A DNA stretch of 63,697 nucleotides, the filler included, from Octopus bimaculoides (Eukaryota): assembly GCF_001194135.2 (NCBI RefSeq). It is 4 parts of 4 records of this genome, joined end to end, with 100 filler letters (N's around TTAATTAATTAA, not from the genome) between each part and the next. Parts side by side here need not be neighbours in the genome. Positions count along the whole stretch, not along the records: positions 1 to 31,060 come from NC_068981.1; positions 31,161 to 43,176 come from NC_068992.1; 2 more parts are not named here. One strand, given 5' to 3'. Numbering within the stretch: the stretch's first letter is position 1; every line of letters begins with the position of its first letter. The notes under the pieces were generated by a model. The model was not told the origin of the DNA, did no database searches, and was given only the letters and a program-made list of their open reading frames with translations. Both the position numbers and the translations under genes were made by a program. Positions 27,761 to 40,969 of this stretch are shown here, one piece after another.

Positions 27761-28369
27761 GATTATGTATATCATATTAATATGTTAGGATTTTCGTGTG
27801 GTTCTAGATTTTGCTGGCAAACTTAATCTGGCAGCAAATTCTAAACATAGAGCTAAGAACCGACGAAAAATAAAAATAAGAGATAATAATGTCTTGGCCT
27901 CAAAATTCTCTGTAGATACTAGGGAACATATACTGAAATGCTTCATTCTAGTTGGTCAATACATGATTAATCATTGGATTTTTCTTCTGCAGTATATATG
28001 CTACCAACAACAAAAGCAAACAACATAGAAATCAATAAGATTAAGAGCAAGAGTGAAAGATACTCAATAGATTAAAGTATTCACACAGGTCTTCGGTTTC
28101 TCCTAATTTTAACTGTCTTCCTGTCAAAATGCTCCTATCTGTGAAATGTTACCCTTTGCGTGCCATTCAGATCAAATGACCAATTATTTTCGATCAAAAT
28201 ATATTAACCCTTGCTTGACCTTTTTTGGTGACTTTCTGCAAAGAAGCAGCGTTCAAGCATACATGGTTACTACTGAATGGTTGCTACTGATATCTGCTAA
28301 AGCGATACAGATGATGGACACAATAGATAATCCTTTTTTCTACAGGGACAAGGTCTGGAGCCGTCAGGA

Positions 28370-30300
28370 AAGGGACTAGTCTATTACATCGATTGCAGTG
28401 CTCAAACTGATTCTAATTTTATCGACCACGAAAGGGTAAAAGGCAAAATCGACCTCATCAGAATTTAGACTCAGAACATAAGGACAGACAAAATGCTACT
28501 AAGCATTTACCCGGCGCCCTAACGATTCTGCCAACTCACCGCCTTCTTGGCACAATGTATAATGCGAAAATGAACAATTACAGAGTTCTATTCGGTTCAA
28601 ACATTACCTTCCATTTATTACTCAGGTACAAGTCTCAGTGAAATTAACATAGATTTAATAGTGTCAATAAAATGCGCAGCATTTACACAAAGAGAAATCA
28701 AATCAATTGAATATACTCTTTCGTTATAAATATTAACCTTTTTATTCTTGAATCAGTCGAAAGCGAGAGATACTTCACGGCGTTATACTATGAATCTGTC
28801 CGCCATTAACTTCGATAGGTCCTCAGTTTCCTATTGTGGATTGCTGCTAATAACAGCGATGTAACTGAGTGGCTTTCGTCTTCAACTAAAGCGTGGAACT
28901 TTTAAAACTGTAACAACTGATATGGCAGGGTTTTCAATACGAAAGCAGCGGCCGGCAAAGCCTACCACAAAGAAGAATTCATTGTCTGAAAACGTTTTGT
29001 TAATATTGGTTTCAAATTTGGCACAAGGCCAATAAGATCGGGAGAGGAGACAGTCGATTATATCGACCCCAGTGCACAACTAGTATTCATTTTATCGACC
29101 CTGAAAGGATGAAAGGCAAAGTTGACCCCACAGAATTTGGATTCAGAATGTAAAGACGGATAAAACACCATTAAGTATTCTGCCCGGTGAGCTAACGATT
29201 CTGCTAGCTCGCCGTTTATGTTTTCTTAATAAGGGACAATAAGAAAGCGGTGAGCTAGTAGAATCGTTAGCACACCGGGCCAGTTTCTTAACAGTATTTC
29301 GCCTGTCTTTGTCTGAGTTCAAATTCCGCGCCGAGGTCAACTTTTTTCCTTTATGCATTCGGGGTTGATAAAATAAGTACCAGTTCAATACTGAGGCCGA
29401 TGTAATCTCCTGTCCCCTTCCTCAGATTTTAGGCTTTGTGCCTATAGTAGAAAGGATTATTATTTTCGTACATACACACACACACACATTATTGCGTTCA
29501 TTACGAGTTAGTCTGCAAAACGATGACACACGTTTAATCTTACTTGAAATGAACGGTCATTAATCATGACAATTTAGAAAAGTCCGCAAAAAAGTTATTT
29601 TGTGTATTAGGTTTGTGAATTACTGTTAATGCGTATATGAATACTATAATTTTAATGAGTTAGCATTACTCTCGTTAGGAGTAAGTTTTGCATTTAATGA
29701 GTATCTAAAACTAGAATGCGAAACAGTGAGCCAATATCTAATAAGATATATTCCATAATATTAATTATAGGAAATCCATGATATCTTTATATGATTACAC
29801 TTATTGGAGGTCCTTATTATGAAGAAACCGTTCGCCACCGATAAAATATAATATACAAACCGCTCTAACGTTTCCAACTGCGAAATTAAACAACGAAATA
29901 CTTTATAGCATATATTTTACAGCAGCCTACATTTTAGAGGCACGATCAAACAGCATCACTTATTCTTTTTCAATGAAGCACAGACGTCAATATTTTTCAC
30001 TGGATTTCAATTCTGATAAGCTCTACTGTTCAAAATTTTGAAAGTAAAATTAACCACATTCATTTCAGAAACTTTTATATAATAACAGTCCTTTCTATTA
30101 TAGGCACAAGGTCTGAACTTTCGTGGAGGTGGATAATCGATTACATCGAAGCCAGTACTCAACTGGTACTTACTTTATCTATATCGAAAGGATGAAAGGC
30201 AAAGTCGACCCCGGCGTTCATTTGAATTCAGAAAACGCAGACTGACAAAATGCCGCTACGCATTTCACCGGTTTGATAAGAATTTTGTCAGTTCGCCGCC
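28370..30300. mobile_element. Cluster of four SINE family A copies in mixed orientation
   Basis: Approximately 28370-28545 (-), 29005-29215 (-), 29246-29462 (+), 30095-30300 (-). Confidence 0.85.
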
Positions 30301-31060
30301 TTATTTTTATACAAGAATAATCCACTCTCTTTTCTTATTAACAATGTATTTATTTCACCAATATATTGTGCTAGAATTCAAGCAAAAAATAACACTATGC
30401 GTATATGTTGCCTTGAACTTGCCGAAAATTTCTTCAGTGTTCGATTTTCATTAAATGAGGAAAAAAAAAAAAAGGAAGTTTTAAAAATTCATTTCATTAA
30501 GCATTCTACGAATACATAGCTTCGAAAAGAATCGAGTACAATGCCGCTTAGATTGAACGGAAAAATCTCACGCATACTTCATCCTTAGCAGTTTCTGTTT
30601 TAACTTAAGGTGTAAGCTTTACCTAAGCAAAAATTATCTATTGAAAAATATTCTTGGAGTTATTGACAGCTCTGTGATTATAAAAGCTGTTGTAGGTAAG
30701 CTGTGCGAAACCTATTCTTAAGATCTATGTACTACTAGAAGGATGATTCAGGAAATATTCAGAAACTTTTAAAGCGCTATGGATCTTATTGATTCTGACA
30801 GTTATATATGTAATAGACTTTTCCCTTGCACAGTCGAATGTTCAATGAAATCGTAATTAACTGATCCGCGTCTATTTTCATTTGCCCAAAGCCAGGAACT
30901 TTTCAGCTAACACTCGTATATTTATCATTTCAGTCAGCCGTTGAGTAATCCTGAAATTTCTGCCGATTACGCATGTGTGTGTGTGTGTGTACGTACATAT
31001 ACACACACACTGACACACACACACATCTATATGTATATATGTATATATATGTATATATAT

Positions 31061-31160
31061 NNNNNNNNNNNNNNNNNNNNNNNNNNNNNNNNNNNNNNNN
31101 NNNNTTAATTAATTAANNNNNNNNNNNNNNNNNNNNNNNNNNNNNNNNNNNNNNNNNNNN
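31061..31160. other. Artificial scaffold join: N-run with TTAATTAATTAA linker (also 43177-43276 and 57504-57603)
   Basis: Three 100-bp gaps, each about 44 N + TTAATTAATTAA + about 44 N; the 12-mer puts a stop codon in all six frames. Confidence 0.9.
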
Positions 31161-34100
31161 TATGCATCTTAACCCTATCTAGCTCATAAGAATAGGAAAT
31201 TCTCATAAGCTTTTTACTTTATTTAACGCTTGATTTTAAAAGTATCTTTATTGTTGCTGTTATTACAGCATTAGTTGTCCTGTTTTATTTTGTATTTTTA
31301 ACTTAAATAATTATAATCCTTATGCCCTAAATTAATCGAATCCTTATTCAATTAATATTCTTTAATTAGCCCAAGTTAGCCTTGAAACAAATTCATGAAT
31401 AATGAAACTTTTAATCAATCATCAGGTTCCTGTATTGAATATCCTTGTTATTTCCTAACATCTTCTTCTTTTTTCAGTCCCTTAAACCTTAGTAAACACA
31501 TTATTATAAACTAATATAAATTCGATAATAATTTTTATTCACATTACAAAAAATAAAGCTTACCTATGTGTCTCCTAAATAGTATCATTATTTTATTTTC
31601 AGCTAATAATTTTTAAAGATAATTCAAAATAGTTTTCATGAACCCAATATACTTAATATCCTTAAACTTTACACCCTATCTATAGCCCCGAATTCAATAC
31701 TGACATTATTTCATGATTTTTGTATAAAATAATTATATCTCATTTTATTTATCTTATTAACATACCTCTTATTGTGAAAATATTGGTTAAACTAATATTG
31801 TTATCTGTATAACTATACTAATACTCTATTCAGACTAAAAGAAAAAAACCTATTTGGCCCATATACCTAGGGTTTTAATTCCTCAACATTTTGATAGTAG
31901 TAAAATGACCTGGTACTACTCTGACCAGGGAAACCTTTATAATCTAATACATGTATAGCCATGTCCATGCATACTGCTTACACCTTCCCTTTCCTTAGAA
32001 GTAATTGTCCCTTATGCTACCACCACTAGATAAGAGACAATAAAATCAGAGACAGTTAGAACTTTTGTCTAGAATCAATTACTAGCCTGATAGACTCGGC
32101 TATGTCAAGATGGATTTATGTATTCTTCCTCCCACTTGGATTTTTATGTATTCTTTCTCCCACTTGGATTTGAAATGTTGCCACAATTATAATATGTCTA
32201 TTCTACTGTNNNNNNNNNNNNNNNNNNNNNNNNNNNNNNNNNNNNNNNNNNNNNNNNNNNNNNNNNNNNNNNNNNNNNNNNNNNNNNNNNNNNNNNNNNN
32301 NNNNNNNNNNNNNNNNNNNNNNNNNNNNNNNNNNNNNNNNNNNNNNNNNNNNNNNNNNNNNNNNNNNNNNNNNNNNNNNNNNNNNNNNNNNNNNNNNNNN
32401 NNNNNNNNNNNNNNNNNNNNNNNNNNNNNNNNNNNNNNNNNNNNNNNNNNNNNNNNNNNNNNNNNNNNNNNNNNNNNNNNNNNNNNNNNNNNNNNNNNNN
32501 NNNNNNNNNNNNNNNNNNNNNNNNNNNNNNNNNNNNNNNNNNNNNNNNNNNNNNNNNNNNNNNNNNNNNNNNNNNNNNNNNNNNNNNNNNNNNNNNNNNN
32601 NNNNNNNNNNNNNNNNNNNNNNNNNNNNNNNNNNNNNNNNNNNNNNNNNNNNNNNNNNNNNNNNNNNNNNNNNNNNNNNNNNNNNNNNNNNNNNNNNNNN
32701 NNNNNNNNNNNNNNNNNNNNNNNNNNNNNNNNNNNNNNNNNNNNNNNNNNNNNNNNNNNNNNNNNNNNNNNNNNNNNNNNNNNNNNNNNNNNNNNNNNNN
32801 NNNNNNNNNNNNNNNNNNNNNNNNNNTATATATATATATATATGTATATATATACCCATACATATATCCATACATACACACACATATGTGTGCATACATA
32901 CATAAATCTATCTTGAAGCTGAACATTCAAGTCATTCGTTTGTACGTATCTTGCTTGTGTGCGATCATTTTTTGTTATATGATATGATATCTATACGCGA
33001 GAGCAAGAGAATTTGTAAATATGCTGGATTCAATACATACTGATTTTAGACTTCAAAATTCACCGGGAATAAAAAATGACATCTATTTGCAAGATTAAAT
33101 GTCTGTTGTATACCATGAACCGTCATATTTAGTATTCTTATACATGCATGGTTGTGCATTTAAGCATATATATATGGCGTCTGTGTAGTTATTTTATGTG
33201 CCAGTTATAACACTGCTGGAGAAGATCTATTTTTCGTGACTAATACCGGATTAGGTTAGATAGTCACTTTATAGTGGAATGTGACACCTGAGCTACGATA
33301 GTTTATGTTGTTAGAAAATATATGGAAGACATATAATATAGATTAAAACAGGGTAATGTGTTCCATTCTAGTGAGGAATTTTCAGAAAAATCTCTAGGAC
33401 AGAAAAGTTTACGTTATCATTCCATATGAATCGCTCTTCAGTATTTTTCATTAGTTTTAAAAGTAGAATACATAGCAAAGTGGGACCTGCGAATGGAGCT
33501 GAAAATATTACTGGTGTCCATGATAAGTAAAACAAGGTATGTGGGGAACACTACAGCTGTTGAAAGTGCCACACATTCTGTGTGTAAGTCTTGTAGATAA
33601 GATGGTGGCTGAAGGAAGGTGTGTTTAACACAGAAAATTTCCAAAACAGTAAATGACTGTGATACACGTTGTTGGCTTTCAACATGTTTATGTTTGCATA
33701 CCTTTGCATATTTTTTGCATATTTGAAAGTAATAAATGTAAATTATCAGTCTGAGGTCATTAAGATTATAAAGACCTATATACGACTGGTATTTTGACTT
33801 CGAAAGGGTTCAATTGATCTCGTCTGAAATTGGAATCACTGAAAGAATATGTATATAAGTGTACAACTATTTGTATATCTATAAATTAAGTTAAATGTGA
33901 AATTTGGTTAAAACTGATGGCGTGATTGTAGTGAAACATCAATCTATGTCACTGGTCACGAGAATGTATGTACACTGCGTTTAGTCGTGATTTTAACAGG
34001 AAATTCACAAAAAAAGAATTTGCTTTTTCCTGTCATTAAATCCATATTGTTGAATAAATTGCATTCTTCTATCGTGTTTGAAAATATTTTACGTATTTGT

Positions 34101-34699
34101 ACTCTTGTGATGAACGTAAGCACGTTGATATGTATAGATTTATAAATATTCGTACATACGTACAAGACATCTCACATGCTCACACACACAACGATGCTGT
34201 ATGTGTATGCGCGAATTTCTCTCTCCTTACATATACATGTGTGAGTGTATGCGCGCGTGCTTGTGTATGTGTGCATGTTTGTGTACATGTGTAAATGAGT
34301 GCATGTGTATAAGTGCATTTATGCATTAGTGCGACCGTGTGTGTAAGTGTAGAGCTAAATTTCAAAATATGTAAACAGCATGATTCATATACTCGAATAT
34401 GAACATGGCTTGGCTTTATGAACGAAGATTAATAGAGAAGGACTTCCACGTTCATTGTAGGCGCGTTGATACCTGACGAGTCCGATTCAAGACAGACAAG
34501 CATGACCACATTGGTTGCAAGGGAAGCGGGACGGCCGTAGTGTCATTGATTTTGCTTCCCTCTCTCTTTCTCTCTCTTCCACTCTCTCTGCCTCTATTTT
34601 CCCCTCCCTCTCTCTAACTCTCTTTCTTTGCCTCTTGTCTGCAAGTATGGTCTTGCGCTATATTTCAAAGGAGACTATGGCTCAGTGGTTGCATCAAGG

Positions 34700-35275
34700 T
34701 TGCATGTTTCACGCTTAACAGTGAGAGCAGACAACAGGAAGTGTTTTGTGTAGTAGATATGAAGGGATTTTGCGCCGCTTCCTTGATATTCCTATATCAC
34801 GGTGACCAAAGCACATTTCACCGCACAATGTGATCTTGCGCAGTTGATGTTCCCCATCCCGGTGAAGTATCCTGCACAACGTAGATGTATCTTCAGCAGG
34901 GTTGTTTTAATGTTGTTGATTTTATCCTGTGCTAGGACCATAATATTAAAGACAGATTTCCCAATTGATGCCAAGGATATTGCGAAGGAAGCACTGATGT
35001 TATCGTACAAGGCGTGGTAAATGCTGATGACTCGGTAATCAGAACGACGGATCTGTATATACTGATGTCGGATTCTTTCTTCATATGGCCATTATTCCAG
35101 GCTCTTTTGTACAATCTACTGAATGCAGTTTGCTTTGACCAGTCTGTTATCAAGTACATTATACATTTTGGCATCTGACGAAATAGCATCGTAGCTAGAT
35201 AACCTGGTTGACACTCCGAAACTCAGATTCACCAAGGGCGTTGTATCGAGGGGTATCTTTGTTGTGGAGCACACT
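34700..35275 (-). mobile_element. Decayed RTE-clade LINE, RT C-terminal region
   Basis: Broken frames give AFSRLYKRAWNNGHMKKESDISIYRSVVL...ILGINW...IKTTLLKIHLRCAG, matching RTE/BovB-like ORF C-termini. Confidence 0.85.
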
Positions 35276-35305
35276 GATGTATTACATATATACACATGCC
35301 TTTAT

Positions 35306-35405
<100 letters not shown>

Positions 35406-35445
35406 ATATCTCTATCTATATATCTATCTCTATCTATCTGTCTGC

Positions 35446-35529
<84 letters not shown>

Positions 35530-36455
35530 TGGACTTCACTGCCTACCTGACCGGCCTTCCGCGGCTCTCGGCGGGAGAGGCAGAGTGTTGTGAGGGTCCC
35601 ATCACAGCNNNNNNNNNNNNNNNNNNNNNNNNNNNNNNNNNNNNNNNNNNNNNNNNNNNNNNNNNNNNNNNNNNNNNNNNNNNNNNNNNNNNNNNNNNNN
35701 NNNNNNNNTAGACACGACTCGCGAAATGCGGGGCCGACCTGCCCGAGATGCGGTCAGATCAACGAAACCGTTCTGCACGCACTCGTTTAGTGTCCAACCA
35801 TTTCGGAGCTGTGGGCTTATGTCGAACGACTGCTGTCACGTGTGGGACGAGTTGGTTTATCAACCGAGTCTATCGTCAATATCGTCACGCCTCCTTTCTT
35901 TAAACGGGAAGGAACGGCTGTATTTATTGCACTTGTGGCTATGGCGAAAGAATGCATCTGGTGGACACGTCTGAAAGGATTAGAAACAAACACTTTCCTC
36001 TCTGGTCAATCTCTCATCAACTTTTTCAAGTATCACTTGAAAAGGAAGGTGAGAGTAGAGAGGCAAATGTTGTCTAGCAAATGTTTCGAAAAAAGATGGA
36101 TACATGTAGCAAGAATGGCATGATACTATAAAACGTTTAAAATTTTGTAAACAGAGAGTTGCTTACGTTTCTTGCATAAATAAAAGGAATTTTATATAAC
36201 AAATTGAGACACTAAGGACTGAGGTTACCGTGATCTTTTCGTAGGTTTTTCTTTCCACGGATAACCTCCCCATTTATTGGCAAATTTTTGTAATATTTTC
36301 TTTTTTTTGTACTTACCCCATACGTTTTCTGGATGCCTTTTCATCGTTATCTCCATTCTAATGTTTTACTTAATTTTCGTCCCCATCGAAAAGAAAAACT
36401 CTACATTTGTATTTTGTCCCCTCTATGTTGAGCGCTGTGTGGCTAATAAAGAAAC
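35530..36455 (+). mobile_element. Tx1/L1-clade LINE, 5'-truncated 3' end (zf-RVT region + 3' UTR)
   Basis: GPTCPRCGQINETVLHALV*CPTISELWAYVERLLSRVG...LVAMAKECIWWTRLKG...FFKYHLKRKVRVERQMLSSKCFEKRW, one stop; T-rich 3' UTR ending AATAAAGAAA; (TATC)n on both flanks. Confidence 0.88.
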
Positions 36456-36470
36456 ATATCTATCTTTTTG

Positions 36471-36501
<31 letters not shown>

Positions 36502-37919
36502 ATCTATCTATCTATCTATCTACGCGCCTACAATCAACGTGGATGTTTTTTTCTCTTAATCTTCGTTCATAAAGCCAAGCCATGTTCATTTTCGAGTTTA
36601 TGAATCATGCTGTTTTCATATTTTGAAATTTTGCTATACACTTACACACACGGTCGCACCAATACATAAATGCACTTATTTGAGTTAATATACAACTTGC
36701 ACTGTATGATAAATCTGATGTAAACTGAAACTCATTCGAAGAGGCTAAAATCAATGCAAATTTAATCATTATGCTATACAGTAATCTGCAAATAAAAAGA
36801 GAATCATTGTGTAAAATCTCATCTTTATTTCACCGTCAGTATCCAAGGAATACCCAGGAAGTGTTCATGTCAGAAATGCAACAAGAATTTCTCTCCAAAT
36901 TAATGCATGCACTTTTAATCTTCCTGCTACTTTTACATCTCATTTCTTCTATGAAAAGCAATTGAATTTGTCTTAGGATACATGAGAAAGATACGTATGG
37001 TAACAAGGCATAAAATTCTCCATTCAAATTTGCGTGTATATTACACACACGAAAGTATGAAACAGAAACATATGTCGTATACTCATGACATTTATTTTAA
37101 TATTTGTACAAATATGTTGTCTTTTATATCCCATTTAAAAATGTGGGACAGCAGTTCAATATTATTATTTAAATATTAATTATTTATCACGAAAAGAATT
37201 TAATATTTAGAAACAAGTACTAAAACGAAATAATAATGAAATGAAATGTTGAAGTGCTCATTTTCTTAGATAGGCATAAGCAATAGTGTGGCAGCACACG
37301 TAAGTGGTTCACACAAGGATGATAGGATGTTAATTGGAAATAAATAAATATAAGTTTCATAACTAACAGAAAATATAAACTTTCTTAAGGAGAAAATTTA
37401 CAACAGCAGAATGAGTTTGTCTTATTGGATTTCTCAGACCATTGCAGTCACGAAGAATACACTTGCTGAATTGTCGTTTTCATATACAGAAATACGCAAG
37501 GGTGAGCATTTAGCTGACAGTAATTTGCATAAAATCAAACAAAACGAAGTGAAGCATAATAATTGAAATAAGTCAATGGCGCCGTTAAGTTAAATGGAAT
37601 TAAACGATGAAAGAGCTGGCGTCTTGAGATTCCCTGAATGATTTCATATTAGTCTTAGTTTCTTCCATATTGATAATGAAACGCATAAACGGCAAGATTT
37701 GAAAAAACATATTTATTTCTTAACGAAATGAAACAATTTAAAATGCTATTTAAAATATACATAAACACATAAATACATACATACATACATACTTACGTAC
37801 ATAAATACATACATGCATACATACATACATACATACATACATACATACACATACGTACATACATACATGCATGCATACATACTTACATACATATATGCAT
37901 GGAAAACATGAAAAAGAGA

Positions 37920-38215
37920 AGGGATTGATCATGTAGAAAGCTTAACATGGAACACCGACAAGATTATGATAACCATCTTTGAATGCTACCTCGTTGCAAT
38001 TCAAGGACAATATATCCTTACCAAATACCTAACACATTCAAGGCAGAAAACGTTAACATAAAGCACATGTAGACTGTGTAAGACGAAGATTGAAGACAGC
38101 AGCTACATTACTGCCAACTGTTAGTGAATGTCTTCCAGATATTATCTTCCTATGGGGCATGATAAGTGGCTAGAACGGTTTGGAACAAGATAGCAAAAAC
38201 GAAAACACCTAGTGA
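37920..38215 (+). mobile_element. Decayed RLE-type LINE, zinc-knuckle region
   Basis: ECYLVAIQGQYILTKYL...CRLCKTKIEDSSYITANC**MSSRYYLPMGHD matches the AIQDQ...CRLC...E...HI...C...RHD motif of R4/Dong-like LINEs. Confidence 0.8.
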
Positions 38216-38534
38216 CGAATTTGACTATGTTGAGACGTTATGCGAAACGACGATGTGGGTCAAATATACGCAAATCTGGATAGTCCTACAAAGATTATAA
38301 AGAATTACTCGGCCTTATTGAATACATATATAGCTGCAAGTTTAGGTGTGAATCAAGAAATATACTACCTAACAACATGGTTGCTAGTTCTGTCTCACTG
38401 CGTGGCAACTTTGGCGTCTGTATCCAGTATAGCCTCGAACGAACCGAAGCATTGTGAGTGGATTTTGTAGATGAAACCATAGAGTAGTCCATCGTTGTCG
38501 CCTGTTACCTTCTTTTTCCATTTTTTGTTTTCTT

Positions 38535-38573
<39 letters not shown>

Positions 38574-39439
38574 ACACGCACACATTCACACACACGCATA
38601 TATATATATAATATTGGGGAAGAAAAAATTCATTCCAACCTTACAGGCAAAAATCGGTATTATATTATACCGGGTTTCCTAATATATAATATATATGTAT
38701 ATAATTATTTAGAGACGAACCACCACTCCACAACTCAGTCAACTCAGAACCCGTCCAAATCCATGCTGCGAGGCATATACCATCTTAACATATCTAATAT
38801 TTTAATCTAAAAATTAAATTAACTATCATATTACATAAATAAATCATATAATTCATATAAATAAATCATAGAAATATTAATTTAGACAATTTAAAAGTGA
38901 AATTTATAAATTGGAGAGTAAAAATTAATGCGATAATATACAGTATGGAAGTATAAATGTAAAACGTTAGTGCTAGTACATGGACTACGCGCTTTTCATG
39001 GCTGAAATAGGACTATATAAAATCATAAGCAAATTCTATCCGAGTTCATTAGAACGGGGAAATGATTTTACTCCCAAAGTCAGTCACTCTTCAGGTCAAA
39101 TCCCTAACAAAATACCTAAAATCATTTAAGGAATAAACATAAACATGATAAATAAAAATATATATAAATAGACAAAATCTGTAAACTAATCTCTACATTA
39201 ACGGTATTAATATAATTATTAAGAGTTACAATCTTAAAATATTATAGCATTATACTAAACAAGGTTAAAACATTATGGAATAAGTAGATAATAGTAAAAA
39301 TATGTGTTAGTGTACAAAGTTACTAAAAGACGGATGTCAATATTGTTTATAAAATTAAAATAAGAAAACATGACTTATCTGCCGGCTGGTAACTGTAGAT
39401 GAAACCAAAATGAATGTGCTATAGAATTTATACTAAATG

Positions 39440-39868
39440 GTCACGTGATAAATATGACGTCTATTACCCAGAAGTACATGCGTATTATAATTACTAAAAT
39501 AATAACGAAAATATCGAAAAAGAAAATCTACCTAAAATAAAAAAGTTTCTTGAGGATTAAAAATACTAAAATACTTTAACTTGCAAATTAACGCTGAGTA
39601 ATAACTATGCACATACGAAAATTTTAAATTACGTAAATAATGCTATGAAAATTAATACTGAAAAGTCACGTGATAAACATGGTGTCCGTTACCAGAGGTA
39701 AGTACGTGTTATAATTACTAATATAGTAACTAAAATATCGAAAAAGAGAATCAACCTAAAAAAAAAAAATTAATAATACTAAAATACTTAAAACTCTCAG
39801 ATTTACGCAGAATAATAACTATACTAAATACGAAAGTTATATATTACTTAAATAATGTTATGAAACAT
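39440..39868. repeat. Diverged 225-bp tandem duplication
   Basis: Units start GTCACGTGATAAA at 39440 and 39665 and align along their length (TTATAATTACTAA, AAAATATCGAAAAAGA, AATACTAAAATACTT, AATAACTAT, AAATAATG). Confidence 0.85.
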
Positions 39869-40259
39869 TGTAAAAAAAACTGTTCATATTATCGTTGAAT
39901 AAGTAAAGGTAGTTATATGTTCCAATTTTGTATAATATTGTGATGATTAATGTGTATTCTGAAGCTAATTTGATGTATTTTACGATACTGATCATAACTA
40001 TAAGTTGGTACCTAATACTAGGTTTAAATAAATAAATTAGTTATCTAAACTTATTACATAAGTAATTTAATTTTTGTCTGCAATTAATATTACGTTCATC
40101 GTGGGAGTTAACCAATTTTTCATTAGCTAATAATATCTCTTTAAATTCGTTAGTACATGATAAGCAGAATTTATTCCCTATCCTATATGATTTAGCCTTG
40201 CAAACTATTTCCCATTTTATATATAACTTTCTTTATATATATATATTCTTTAATTTTTT

Positions 40260-40410
40260 TTTACTTGTTTCAGATATTTGACTGCGGCCATGCTGAAAGA
40301 CCGCCTTTGTCAAACGAATCAACCCCAGGACTTATTCTTTGTAAGCTTAGTAGTTATTATATCGGTCTGTCACCAAAGACCGCTACGTTAGTGGAACGTA
40401 AATACACCTA
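40260..40410 (-). mobile_element. SINE family B, 3' part
   Basis: TTTCAGATATTTGACTGCGGCCATGCTG...AACCCCAGGACTTATTC...TAGTTATTATATCGGTC. Confidence 0.8.
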
Positions 40411-40969
40411 CATCTGTATGACCCTGGGAGGCTAGAAAGATAGGGTATTTCTAATGCAGCACTTAACCCGAGTTTAGTCTATATACACAGTAGGAATCCA
40501 GAGTAATATCGAAAATCATGTGTAAAAAATTCAGGTTCACATTCCGAGAAGCCCTTCTGCGGGTTTAGTAAAGAAAAATATAAGGTAATCAATAAGTCAA
40601 AATACGACTTTAGCACATGTTTAACAACGAGTTACAATTGTTACGTACCAACTCAGCTTTCAACGCCTGTTCACGGAAATATTATCTATAGTCGGTCTTC
40701 TCCCTTGTACTTTCTCTTCTTCACCAGCGTCCTTTGTTTAATGGTTATCTTCTCAAAGCGCAACTGACAATCGGTCTTATTCTCAGCTTGTTAATTGGCG
40801 AAATAATTATTTCGACCCGGAAAATCTGGGTGGCTGTATTTAACAAGATTTGGGGTTTCTGTATTATAACATATTGTTTACAGTTAGTTGATCGAGTGTT
40901 TGTCTGCTTGTTGAAATATTACCACGCGCATACACAGACACACATGCACACAGACACACACTCGCGCAT

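Noticed and set aside
31106-31117. Recurrent TTAATTAATTAA motif (also 43221-43232 and 57548-57559)
   Set aside because: Always centred in a 100-bp N gap; it is a six-frame-stop assembly linker, not biology.
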